Source: a virus (taxonomy: Duplodnaviria; Caudoviricetes). Taken from it: a DNA stretch of 43,154 bases. Under the pieces are notes generated by a model. The model was not told the origin of the DNA. It saw only the letters and a program-made list of their open reading frames with translations, and did no database searches. Every line of letters begins with the position of its first letter. The first letter of the stretch is position 1. Both the position numbers and the translations under genes were made by a program. Location of the stretch: the IMG/VR virus record IMGVR_UViG_3300032212_000035, positions 1-43,154 of that record; one strand, written 5' to 3'. This document shows, piece by piece, positions 27,057-34,272 of this stretch.

Positions 27057-27398
27057 TTAAGTTGTTTCACTAACTGTTTTTTCAGATTTACTCCAAGCTG
27101 CCTCAATAATTACGAAGTGAATCAAGTAGAATAGGCCTGTGACCCAAGCACCGAACCAGACAAATACGGCAGTCACAGATAGATCATATAATGCACTAGC
27201 CCAGGACGGCACAGATCGTTTTTCTTTTGCCATTTTATCAATGACCTCATCCGAAAACATGAATAACGATAATACTATCGAGGACCATGCAATAAAATAT
27301 GCAATGTTTTTTGCGCCATCAATACCATCTATAAATCCCAAATATATCGCTATTGCAAATACGATATTTAGCAACCACCATTTAATCTTTTTATTCAT
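27057..27398 (-). CDS. Array gene, multi-TM membrane protein
   Basis: 113 aa with 3-4 hydrophobic segments. Confidence 0.75.
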   Translation of the reverse strand: MNKKIKWWLLNIVFAIAIYLGFIDGIDGAKNIAYFIAWSSIVLSLFMFSDEVIDKMAKEKRSVPSWASALYDLSVTAVFVWFGAWVTGLFYLIHFVIIEAAWSKSEKTVSETT

Positions 27399-27410
27399 TT
27401 ATGTTTTCCG

Positions 27411-27620
27411 TTATACGTTCAACGCATCAAAAGCAGCTTTCCAGACAACAGGCTGCAGTTCTCTATATCCACTATCTTTGCCAAATTCATCCTTGTGCTT
27501 TTTCAAGCCCACTAAACCTGCCAGTGCATTTCTATAACGGTCATTTTCTTCGAGCATTTCAACCATTAATGAATCAAACTGCTCAGCGTTTTCAGTAAAC
27601 TTTTCTCTTAATCCACTTAT
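27411..27620 (-). pseudogene. Array gene with ATA in place of ATG; N-terminus paralogous to 25922-26221
   Basis: (I)SGLREKFTENAEQFDSLMVEMLEENDRYRNALAG...AFDALNV*. Confidence 0.6.
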
Positions 27621-27632
27621 TTGTTTTCCATG

Positions 27633-27917
27633 TTAATTAATCTGACTGGTGACAAACCCAACATACGGAAAGTCACCAGCTCTAAATTTCGTCAGTTTCC
27701 ATCGATAATGTTCAGCACAGCTTTTAAGATGATCATAATTAAATACATCAATCTCAACCGACGCACCTTTATGCATCACCTGAACATCACGAAGCTCTTC
27801 AACAGTCTTGACCAAGCCATTTTCTACAACTCTAAAATCGCCGTGCCGTTCATGAATCACCGAAAACTTAAAACCTTCCTGCAACTCATCAGCCAAAATA
27901 TATGTTCTAGATCCCAT
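27633..27917 (-). CDS. Array gene, hypothetical
   Basis: 94 aa, preceded by motif. Confidence 0.7.
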   Translation of the reverse strand: MGSRTYILADELQEGFKFSVIHERHGDFRVVENGLVKTVEELRDVQVMHKGASVEIDVFNYDHLKSCAEHYRWKLTKFRAGDFPYVGFVTSQIN

Positions 27918-27935
27918 AGTCAGTTTCCGTCGTTA

Positions 27936-28217
27936 TCAATCTGTTGTTTCAAAATGTCGCTGCAACTGATTTTTTTCAATATATGAAGTCCAGTCACAAC
28001 CGCTGCCAGGCTGATGATTTGCTGTCAAGTGACCAATCATCACAGATATATTCAATGACTCTATAACGCTCAGATCATCTTTTGGATTTAAGGCATACCT
28101 CTTACCATCATGATTGAGAAAGATAATCTGGCCTACCTGCATCGGCGAAAACACTATCTGACCAGCCTGAGCGCTTTCAGCATTAATTGTGGTTGCAGAA
28201 ATATTTTTATTTGTCAT
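27936..28217 (-). CDS. Array gene, hypothetical
   Basis: 93 aa, preceded by motif. Confidence 0.7.
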   Translation of the reverse strand: MTNKNISATTINAESAQAGQIVFSPMQVGQIIFLNHDGKRYALNPKDDLSVIESLNISVMIGHLTANHQPGSGCDWTSYIEKNQLQRHFETTD

Positions 28218-28408
28218 TTATGCTTTCCGTTAAATTCTGCCTGTAAACCAGGTATTAAAATATCTTTAACCATATCATCAGTCACCGCGCCAGAAATATT
28301 GATAATGATAGTTTCATCTTTATCAGGACAACACACAGGACACGGAACAATCGGACCATTATTATCCATTTCGATCTGCCTAGTATTATCGCAATAACTA
28401 CAATCCAT
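28214..28408 (-). CDS. Array gene, Zn-finger-like hypothetical
   Basis: MDCSYCDNTRQIEMDNNGPIVPCPVC. Confidence 0.7.
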   Translation of the reverse strand: MDCSYCDNTRQIEMDNNGPIVPCPVCCPDKDETIIINISGAVTDDMVKDILIPGLQAEFNGKHK

Positions 28409-28426
28409 AATCACTTTCCGTTATTT

Positions 28427-28768
28427 TTACTGTGTTCGAGTGTCGAAGTACTCAACTACATTATCGTCATACCACTGTTGAGCTGTTTTTTTATCGGGAT
28501 TATCCGGAAGGTGTCCAGGTCCTTCTAAACCGTTTTCTATCCAATCCATTGCGTTATCAGTCTTACCAGCAGCATGCGCTATGTATGCAGACTGATTAGC
28601 AACAACCATGTTATGTATTATCTGATTACCAAATAACAACTGACCTTTAAGCTTTTCAATAGCATCTGCAGCATCTTTGAATAAGCTATCGCTCTCACCA
28701 GTCAGGTTACTACTGGTCTTTTGTGATTGCCTTAATCTATGTATTAATTCATCCATCATGTTTTCCAT
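28427..28768 (-). CDS. Array gene, hypothetical
   Basis: 113 aa; VANQSAYI...AMDWIENGLEGPG. Confidence 0.72.
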   Translation of the reverse strand: MENMMDELIHRLRQSQKTSSNLTGESDSLFKDAADAIEKLKGQLLFGNQIIHNMVVANQSAYIAHAAGKTDNAMDWIENGLEGPGHLPDNPDKKTAQQWYDDNVVEYFDTRTQ

Positions 28769-28776
28769 AGTTAATT

Positions 28777-29094
28777 TTAAACAGGCCTAATCGCCTCCCC
28801 CCAATACAACTGGCTATATATCAGAGCAAACGACATATCAAACTCATCACCTTCACCTATAACCATTTGAATCAAGCCAGTATCATCAACTGAAAGCTCA
28901 ATATACTGCTTACTACCGACAACCTGTCCGTCCTCAACCTGAAAATCCTTCTTTGGCTCGATACCTATTGTCGCTGAATACTGATCGTCATCGTCAACAA
29001 GAACCTCACTAAACTCTATATTGAAATATTTTTCATGCCCAGACATAACGTCTTTAACATACTTAACAAGCGCTTCTTCTGTGTGATAACCCAT
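28777..29094 (-). CDS. Array gene, acidic hypothetical
   Basis: 105 aa, Asp/Glu-rich. Confidence 0.7.
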   Translation of the reverse strand: MGYHTEEALVKYVKDVMSGHEKYFNIEFSEVLVDDDDQYSATIGIEPKKDFQVEDGQVVGSKQYIELSVDDTGLIQMVIGEGDEFDMSFALIYSQLYWGEAIRPV

Positions 29095-29112
29095 AATTAT
29101 TTTCCGCGTTTA

Positions 29113-29337
29113 TTATCTTTGAATTTCAACAACCATTTTTGCCGCCTTAACCTCATCGACGTTAAACGACCACACATCTTCCTTATAGTCATTAGGGTCA
29201 AGCACTTCAATACCGCCCTGCTCATATGATTGCACAGGACCATCCGGCAATGCCGCAATAAGGTTCTCCAATATCTCCTTATCTTCATCTGTCTCAGCGA
29301 GAAACTGACACCCCCACCATGCTGTTGCTAATTTCAT
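29113..29337 (-). CDS. Array gene, acidic hypothetical
   Basis: MKLATAWWG...; preceded by motif. Confidence 0.68.
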   Translation of the reverse strand: MKLATAWWGCQFLAETDEDKEILENLIAALPDGPVQSYEQGGIEVLDPNDYKEDVWSFNVDEVKAAKMVVEIQR

Positions 29338-29339
29338 AA

Positions 29340-29663
29340 TCATTTTCCGTCAGTTTTAGCAGGCATTCTGCCACATATAAATTGAGCCGCCTCCGCTTGT
29401 ATTGCGCACTCAGATGCAGACTTGTACGCACCTAGCTCAAGAAAATTTTTTGCGGTTCCAGCCATTCTATGTTCGAAGTTTTCCATCTCTAACCTGTACG
29501 CCTCCCAGCGCTCAAGCCGATCTGTATCGACCATATCCTTTATCGCTAATTCAATTTCTTTTAATTTCTCAGACAGCCACGAACCCTCATCCATGCTATT
29601 ACCATTATCCGCAGCCTCTTCAGCTATCTCAGAAATTAAATCCATACAGTGCTTAATGGTCAT
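29340..29663 (-). CDS. Array gene, hypothetical
   Basis: 107 aa, preceded by motif. Confidence 0.7.
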   Translation of the reverse strand: MTIKHCMDLISEIAEEAADNGNSMDEGSWLSEKLKEIELAIKDMVDTDRLERWEAYRLEMENFEHRMAGTAKNFLELGAYKSASECAIQAEAAQFICGRMPAKTDGK

Positions 29664-29681
29664 TTATGCTTTCCGTTGTTT

Positions 29682-31037
29682 TCAGGCCGCTTTCGCTACC
29701 TGGTTAGTTTTCATATTCGCCTCAACTAGTGCCTGAGCGATTGGTGGACACACCGCATTACCACATCGAGCAACCTGACTGGCTTTTGATAATTTCTTAC
29801 CGCTACTATCGTGACTAATCACATAATCCTCAGGAAAACCCTGAGCAGCAAACAACTCATGCGGCTCCAGCATTCGCATTCCAATATCAATCACTTCATA
29901 CCCTACACCCTGAACCGTAACTAAGGCAAAGCGATCTTTCGTGGTGATAGTGTGTAGCGGCTCTTCACAACTTAAACCGATGTTAGGGCCGTAATACTTC
30001 ATCATAAACGCCCTAACCTCACCCTCATTCATAACATGATCATCCATATCGCATTGCTTTTTAAAATAAGGCTTTATCAATAAATGCTCCGCCTTACTGG
30101 TCACCGTTGTTAATGGCTGGTTAATACTCCAAGACAATCTATCGCCACCGAAACCCGTTTGACCGATACGAACAATAAACGGCGACGCACTGCCCAGGAC
30201 AAACTTTTCGACACCTTTAGCAATTCGTTTCATAGTGTTTTCTGCTAATGGTTTTTTACGATTAAAAATCGATCTAACTGGCACCTGCCAATCAATAATA
30301 TCTGCAGCTGTTCTGTATGGCTCCAAACCACTACCCGCCGGGCCGTGTGTTTTCTGTGGCCACTGTATAGGCTCATTATCATTTCTAGCCATAAGGAAAA
30401 AGCGTTTACGTGTTGTAGGTGCGCCATAGTCACAGGCAGACAGCACTTTATAATCAACCTGATAGCCAAGACCTTTAAACAGTTTTAGTTTTGCACTGAT
30501 ATCAAACTCAATATCCAGCACCTGACACATTTCTTTCCAAGTCGGATGGCGAGGCGTGATACCAGTTGTTAACGCCTTAATAAAACCATCGTACGTTTCA
30601 CCCTTTCGCTTTTTGCAAGGCATGTATTTGCCGGGAGGCTCCTCAACTACTGGACCCCACGTTAAAAACTCCTCAACGTTCTCCAGCGCAAATACCCTCA
30701 CTGGTACAAGCATTGCCCAACGAACGGCCACCCAGGCTAAGCCACGAATATTTTTATCTACCGGTGTACAACCGCGCGCCTTTGTAAAGTGCTTACAATC
30801 AGGTGAAAACCAGGCAAAGCCGACAGGCAACCCCATACACGCAACAATAGGATTTACATTCCAAACCGACTCGCAGTAGTGTTTTGCTTCTGGGTGATTC
30901 ACCTTATGCATATCAATAGCAACTGGGTCATGATTAATCGCTATATCTACGTGACGATTTAAACCTAATTCTATGCCAGTGCTTGCACCGCCACCGCCCG
31001 CAAAATTATCCACAACTAACTCACCTGGTCTAAGCAT
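29682..31037 (-). CDS. DNA cytosine-5 methyltransferase (orphan, phage type)
   Basis: DNFAGGGG (motif I), SPDC (IV), ENV (VI), YGAPTTRKRFF (VIII), GNAV (X). Confidence 0.95.
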   Translation of the reverse strand: MLRPGELVVDNFAGGGGASTGIELGLNRHVDIAINHDPVAIDMHKVNHPEAKHYCESVWNVNPIVACMGLPVGFAWFSPDCKHFTKARGCTPVDKNIRGLAWVAVRWAMLVPVRVFALENVEEFLTWGPVVEEPPGKYMPCKKRKGETYDGFIKALTTGITPRHPTWKEMCQVLDIEFDISAKLKLFKGLGYQVDYKVLSACDYGAPTTRKRFFLMARNDNEPIQWPQKTHGPAGSGLEPYRTAADIIDWQVPVRSIFNRKKPLAENTMKRIAKGVEKFVLGSASPFIVRIGQTGFGGDRLSWSINQPLTTVTSKAEHLLIKPYFKKQCDMDDHVMNEGEVRAFMMKYYGPNIGLSCEEPLHTITTKDRFALVTVQGVGYEVIDIGMRMLEPHELFAAQGFPEDYVISHDSSGKKLSKASQVARCGNAVCPPIAQALVEANMKTNQVAKAA

Positions 31038-31066
31038 CCCGGAACCCTTTTATCTTTTTCAGTTTT

Positions 31067-31834
31067 TCAGGCTGCTTTCGCAACCACCTTCACAGGAATA
31101 CCAGTTATTTCTTCAAGCGTTCTTGGCGACTCACCTTTCCTTGGCATCATCATTGTATGATCAACCTCTTGCTCTAACGCTACATACTCAGCATACAATT
31201 CTGGGTTTATACGCGCCGCAGTATTTAAATCAGCTTTATTACTCATTATGCAAAAACAGCATGATAATCTGGACATTCCAGCCTCATACGCCCAGTGCGG
31301 ATCTTCGCCAGCGTCTTTTATAGTAGAAAACACCTTATCAACTAACCAGCTATGAATTGGTAACCAGTCATACCACTCTCGACCTGCTTTTGAATTACGC
31401 TCATTAAATTTAAATACCTGCTGTTTAGCTCGACTGGTTGACTCTTCAGCCCTTAGCCCCATACAGTTCACAACTAAACCTGATAATTTATTTTCCTTGA
31501 TGTAGTGCCGTATGGTTTTTTCAATAGGACCACGCTTAAGATCACTAGTGCATTGACGATATGAAGGACTAGGAAACATCTGGCGATGACGAACCATTTC
31601 AAAGAATGTTTTTTTAGCCTGACACTGCCTTAATTCGTAGCCCTTGGTAGTTTCCTGAACATGCTCCCAGGTCCCCTCCCACTCAACACCTGGAAGATGC
31701 GCATGCACAACCATAATTTGATTTTTCGGAACCAATTGACGGATCTTAATCATCATCGCCTGAGAATCCTTTCCACCTGAGTGATTTACAACAAATAAAG
31801 CATTTCTTGCTATTAATTCGTCAATTGTAGGCAT
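31067..31834 (-). CDS. PAPS-reductase family protein
   Basis: SGGKDS PP-loop, RQCTSDLK, GLRAEES..RA, RLSCCFC. Confidence 0.92.
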   Translation of the reverse strand: MPTIDELIARNALFVVNHSGGKDSQAMMIKIRQLVPKNQIMVVHAHLPGVEWEGTWEHVQETTKGYELRQCQAKKTFFEMVRHRQMFPSPSYRQCTSDLKRGPIEKTIRHYIKENKLSGLVVNCMGLRAEESTSRAKQQVFKFNERNSKAGREWYDWLPIHSWLVDKVFSTIKDAGEDPHWAYEAGMSRLSCCFCIMSNKADLNTAARINPELYAEYVALEQEVDHTMMMPRKGESPRTLEEITGIPVKVVAKAA

Positions 31835-31854
31835 TATAGATTTTTCCTTAGATG

Positions 31855-32002
31855 TGTTTACCGTGTAAACAATATAGCAATTAATGTTTACCGTGTAAAC
31901 AGATAATTCAATTTAATTTCGATCGTTTACCGTGTAAACATTATTTTATCGCTTGCTGTTTACCGTGTAAACAATAGATGCTATATTTTGTTTACACGGT
32001 AA
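31855..32002. promoter_or_regulatory. Five palindromic operators overlapping two divergent promoters
   Basis: TGTTTAC-CGT-GTAAACA at 31855, 31885, 31924 (1 mismatch), 31957 and an inverted partial copy at 31989; TTTACA-N17-TATATT (minus) and TTTACC-N17-TATATT (plus). Confidence 0.85.
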
Positions 32003-32043
32003 TAAATGATAGGATTCGGCTTTTGAATACAGAGCAAATAGAG

Positions 32044-32268
32044 TTGGCGCAGACAAGCAAACAACGCAAGGACGCCATCGCAAAGGCCCGTAAGGCCCAC
32101 CACAAAGCCCAGACGCTAGATAAAAAGCGTCTGGATGCCTATGTGGAAGAAGGCACCAAAGAGGGCCTTAAACGCATCAAGGCCGAATTCGAGGATGTAA
32201 AAAACGAAGGCCAAGCCGTGGATAAAGCCGTGCAAATCGCCCTCGAAACCCTCGAAGAAAAAGACTAA
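32044..32268 (+). CDS. Small putative ribbon-helix-helix repressor
   Basis: KKRLDAYV strand plus two helices; start uncertain (TTG 32044 or 32022); downstream of operator array. Confidence 0.6.
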   Translation: MAQTSKQRKDAIAKARKAHHKAQTLDKKRLDAYVEEGTKEGLKRIKAEFEDVKNEGQAVDKAVQIALETLEEKD

Positions 32269-32286
32269 AAAAAGTGTAAATAAGTG

Positions 32287-32315
32287 TTGACTGCCGCCCC
32301 ATTGGGGCGTATATT
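32287..32315 (+). promoter_or_regulatory. Promoter with palindromic operator in spacer
   Basis: TTGACT-N17-TATATT; CGCCCCA-T-TGGGGCG at 32295-32309. Confidence 0.8.
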
Positions 32316-32365
32316 AATACTCAACGGCAAGGCATCCCGCCCAGCCATAACAACCGGAGAAATCC

Positions 32366-32812
32366 ATGTTTTCACTTCAAGAAACCCTAATCATCAACCA
32401 AGCAAAAAGCATCATTGCTGATAAGCTTATCAGTGGCAATGCCTTCACATCACCTGACGCAGTAAAAGATTTCTGTCTGTTAGAAATCGGTCACCTTGAG
32501 CACGAAGTTTTCGCAGTCATGTTTTTAAACCAGCGCCATCAAATGATCGCCTTTACAGAAATGTTTCGTGGCACCATCGATGGCGCAAGTGTTTACCCTC
32601 GCGAAGTGGCAAAGGCCGCGCTTGCTCAAAACGCCGCAGCGGTGATTTTTTCACACAACCACCCAAGTGGTGTAACTGAGCCATCCATGGCTGATGAGCG
32701 CATTACACGTCGCCTGATTGATGCATTAGGGCTGTTTGATATCCGCGTACTGGATCACATTGTGGTTGGCAAAAACGCTGCCACCTCCTTTGCGGAACGC
32801 GGGCTGCTGTAG
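32366..32812 (+). CDS. radC: RadC-like JAB-domain protein (mobile-element short form)
   Basis: EHEVF, FRGTIDGASVYPREV, HNHPSG...PSMAD, VLDHIVVG. Confidence 0.95.
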   Translation: MFSLQETLIINQAKSIIADKLISGNAFTSPDAVKDFCLLEIGHLEHEVFAVMFLNQRHQMIAFTEMFRGTIDGASVYPREVAKAALAQNAAAVIFSHNHPSGVTEPSMADERITRRLIDALGLFDIRVLDHIVVGKNAATSFAERGLL

Positions 32813-32824
32813 CAGCCCCACCCC

Positions 32825-32853
32825 GTGGGTGAGCCGGTTAACGGTTCACCCAC
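32825..32853. other. Intergenic hairpin
   Basis: GTGGGTGAGCCG-gttaa-CGGTTCACCCAC. Confidence 0.6.
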
Positions 32854-32880
32854 TTAACTGGATTAACAGGAGATAGCACC

Positions 32881-33213
32881 ATGTCAGAAAATGCCGCCAG
32901 CTATAACGCGGGTTCATTGCCTGAAACCCTCGACGCCTTTAAAAATAGAGATTGCGCCAGACTGTACACTGACGAACACTACAGGCCGCCTGAGCCTGAA
33001 GAAGTCAACCAGCTAATTACACTTAGCGGGTGGTCGCAAAATGATGCCGCCAAGCTCGTGGGCGTTAAATGGGACACCAAAAAAGGCTCATCCACAATTC
33101 GCAAATGGAAAAGCAACAAGGCGAAAAAAGACTATCGGGAGATCCCTTATAGTGCCTGGCGTTTAATGCTGATCTATGCCGGCGTGGTCGGTACCGAAAA
33201 CAACCTGGTGTAA
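32881..33213 (+). CDS. KorC-like HTH transcriptional repressor
   Basis: PPEPEEV...GWSQNDAAKLVGV...STIRKW...IPYSAWRLM resembles IncP KorC. Confidence 0.7.
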   Translation: MSENAASYNAGSLPETLDAFKNRDCARLYTDEHYRPPEPEEVNQLITLSGWSQNDAAKLVGVKWDTKKGSSTIRKWKSNKAKKDYREIPYSAWRLMLIYAGVVGTENNLV

Positions 33214-33300
33214 CCTGGTACCTGGTTTCTTTTCATGAAAAGGTCACAATAAATATCAATAACTTACGTGTTTTTTGAGCATCTATTCTTTTCCGTGGAT

Positions 33301-33555
33301 TTATTTACCGTTAAAATGCCTGGCGATTTCAACAAGCGACATATCAGATTCAGGCTCACACATCGATGTATCACCTGGGTTCAGCTTTAGATAGCTGATC
33401 AGGTGAGGCCGAATCGCGGCCTCAACGGTCAAACCCCGCAGCATAGTGATGCGGGGCTGACAATCAGCGAAATACACATGCAGCTCATCATCATTGAGCA
33501 GATACTGCACCGTGTACGCTTTACCGTTATGCGCTATTATGATTTCATCATTCAC
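33301..33555 (-). CDS. Array gene, hypothetical
   Basis: 84 aa, GTG start after motif. Confidence 0.65.
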   Translation of the reverse strand: MNDEIIIAHNGKAYTVQYLLNDDELHVYFADCQPRITMLRGLTVEAAIRPHLISYLKLNPGDTSMCEPESDMSLVEIARHFNGK

Positions 33556-33560
33556 TTAAA

Positions 33561-33824
33561 TTATTCCGTTGCTTTAGCTATGTCACCGTATTCGTTTTCT
33601 AACACTATGTTGTGACCTTTATGCATAGCTAAAAATTCAATTGGGTCCACATCATAATGAGCAGTGCCCATGACATGTATATCCAACATAGAACACTTAT
33701 CCCTGGCATCACTTAACACACTACCAAGGGAGTAAACCTGGCGTAGTGTAGCCTCACCATGATTCAAATAGTGTTCACTGCTTACACCGCAATCCTCGCA
33801 CTTATAACCCCAATGTGTTGACAT
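33561..33824 (-). CDS. Array gene, Zn-binding hypothetical
   Basis: YKCEDC...FLAMHKGHNIVLENEY. Confidence 0.72.
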   Translation of the reverse strand: MSTHWGYKCEDCGVSSEHYLNHGEATLRQVYSLGSVLSDARDKCSMLDIHVMGTAHYDVDPIEFLAMHKGHNIVLENEYGDIAKATE

Positions 33825-33837
33825 AATTCTTTCCGAT

Positions 33838-34017
33838 TTACTCTACAGGCGAATGTATAACAGCGTCTAGTTTCATTTTCTGCAAAATGATAGCCGGGGT
33901 GAGCAACATCGCATTTACGGGATTACCAGATCTAGCCTCTATCAATAATCCGGTTAACTTCGTTGTTTCCTGAATAACTGTAAGCGTTTTTTGCTTTGCT
34001 TTTTTATCTAGTTCCAT
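33838..34017 (-). CDS. Array gene, hypothetical (59 aa, not in ORF track)
   Basis: MELDKKAKQKTLTVIQ...IHSPVE* between two motif copies. Confidence 0.65.
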   Translation of the reverse strand: MELDKKAKQKTLTVIQETTKLTGLLIEARSGNPVNAMLLTPAIILQKMKLDAVIHSPVE

Positions 34018-34030
34018 AATTCCTTCCGTT

Positions 34031-34231
34031 TTAAACCTGGTTAATCTCTAAATGAGCATCACCAGGCGACTTAATGCTTGGCGAACATGGCGCTGCGATA
34101 ATTGTATTTAACTGAGCCATAGACATCATAGCACCAACAACATCACCCGCTTCAGTCTGAGCTTTCATTGTCACCTTCAACTTATCAACCTGGGCCTGCT
34201 TTGCTAGCTTAAGTATTGTTTCAGTATCCAT
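34031..34231 (-). CDS. Array gene, hypothetical
   Basis: 66 aa, preceded by motif. Confidence 0.68.
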   Translation of the reverse strand: MDTETILKLAKQAQVDKLKVTMKAQTEAGDVVGAMMSMAQLNTIIAAPCSPSIKSPGDAHLEINQV

Positions 34232-34272
34232 AATTTTTTCCGTTATTTATACTTAATCAGCTAGTACACAAC

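Larger units (their letters stand above)
25227..34247 (-). repeat. Dispersed gene-junction motif TAACGGAAA-N5-8-ATG (~23 copies)
   Basis: Plus-strand TTCCG or a close variant at 25237, 25450, 25672, 25916, 26228, 26455, 26561, 26858, 27052, 27406, 27626, 27925, 28225, 28416, 28763, 29102, 29345, 29671, 33291, 33564, 33831, 34024, 34238, each just upstream of a start codon. Confidence 0.85.

Noticed and set aside
31067-31834. cysH auxiliary metabolic gene
   Set aside because: Context (methylase, RadC, no sulfur-pathway genes) fits the mobile-element PAPS-reductase-like family better; gene symbol withheld
31855-32002. Palindromic repeats as a mini CRISPR array
   Set aside because: Repeats are only 17 bp, spacers 13-22 bp and irregular, the last copy is inverted, there are no cas genes, and they overlap promoter elements; operators fit better
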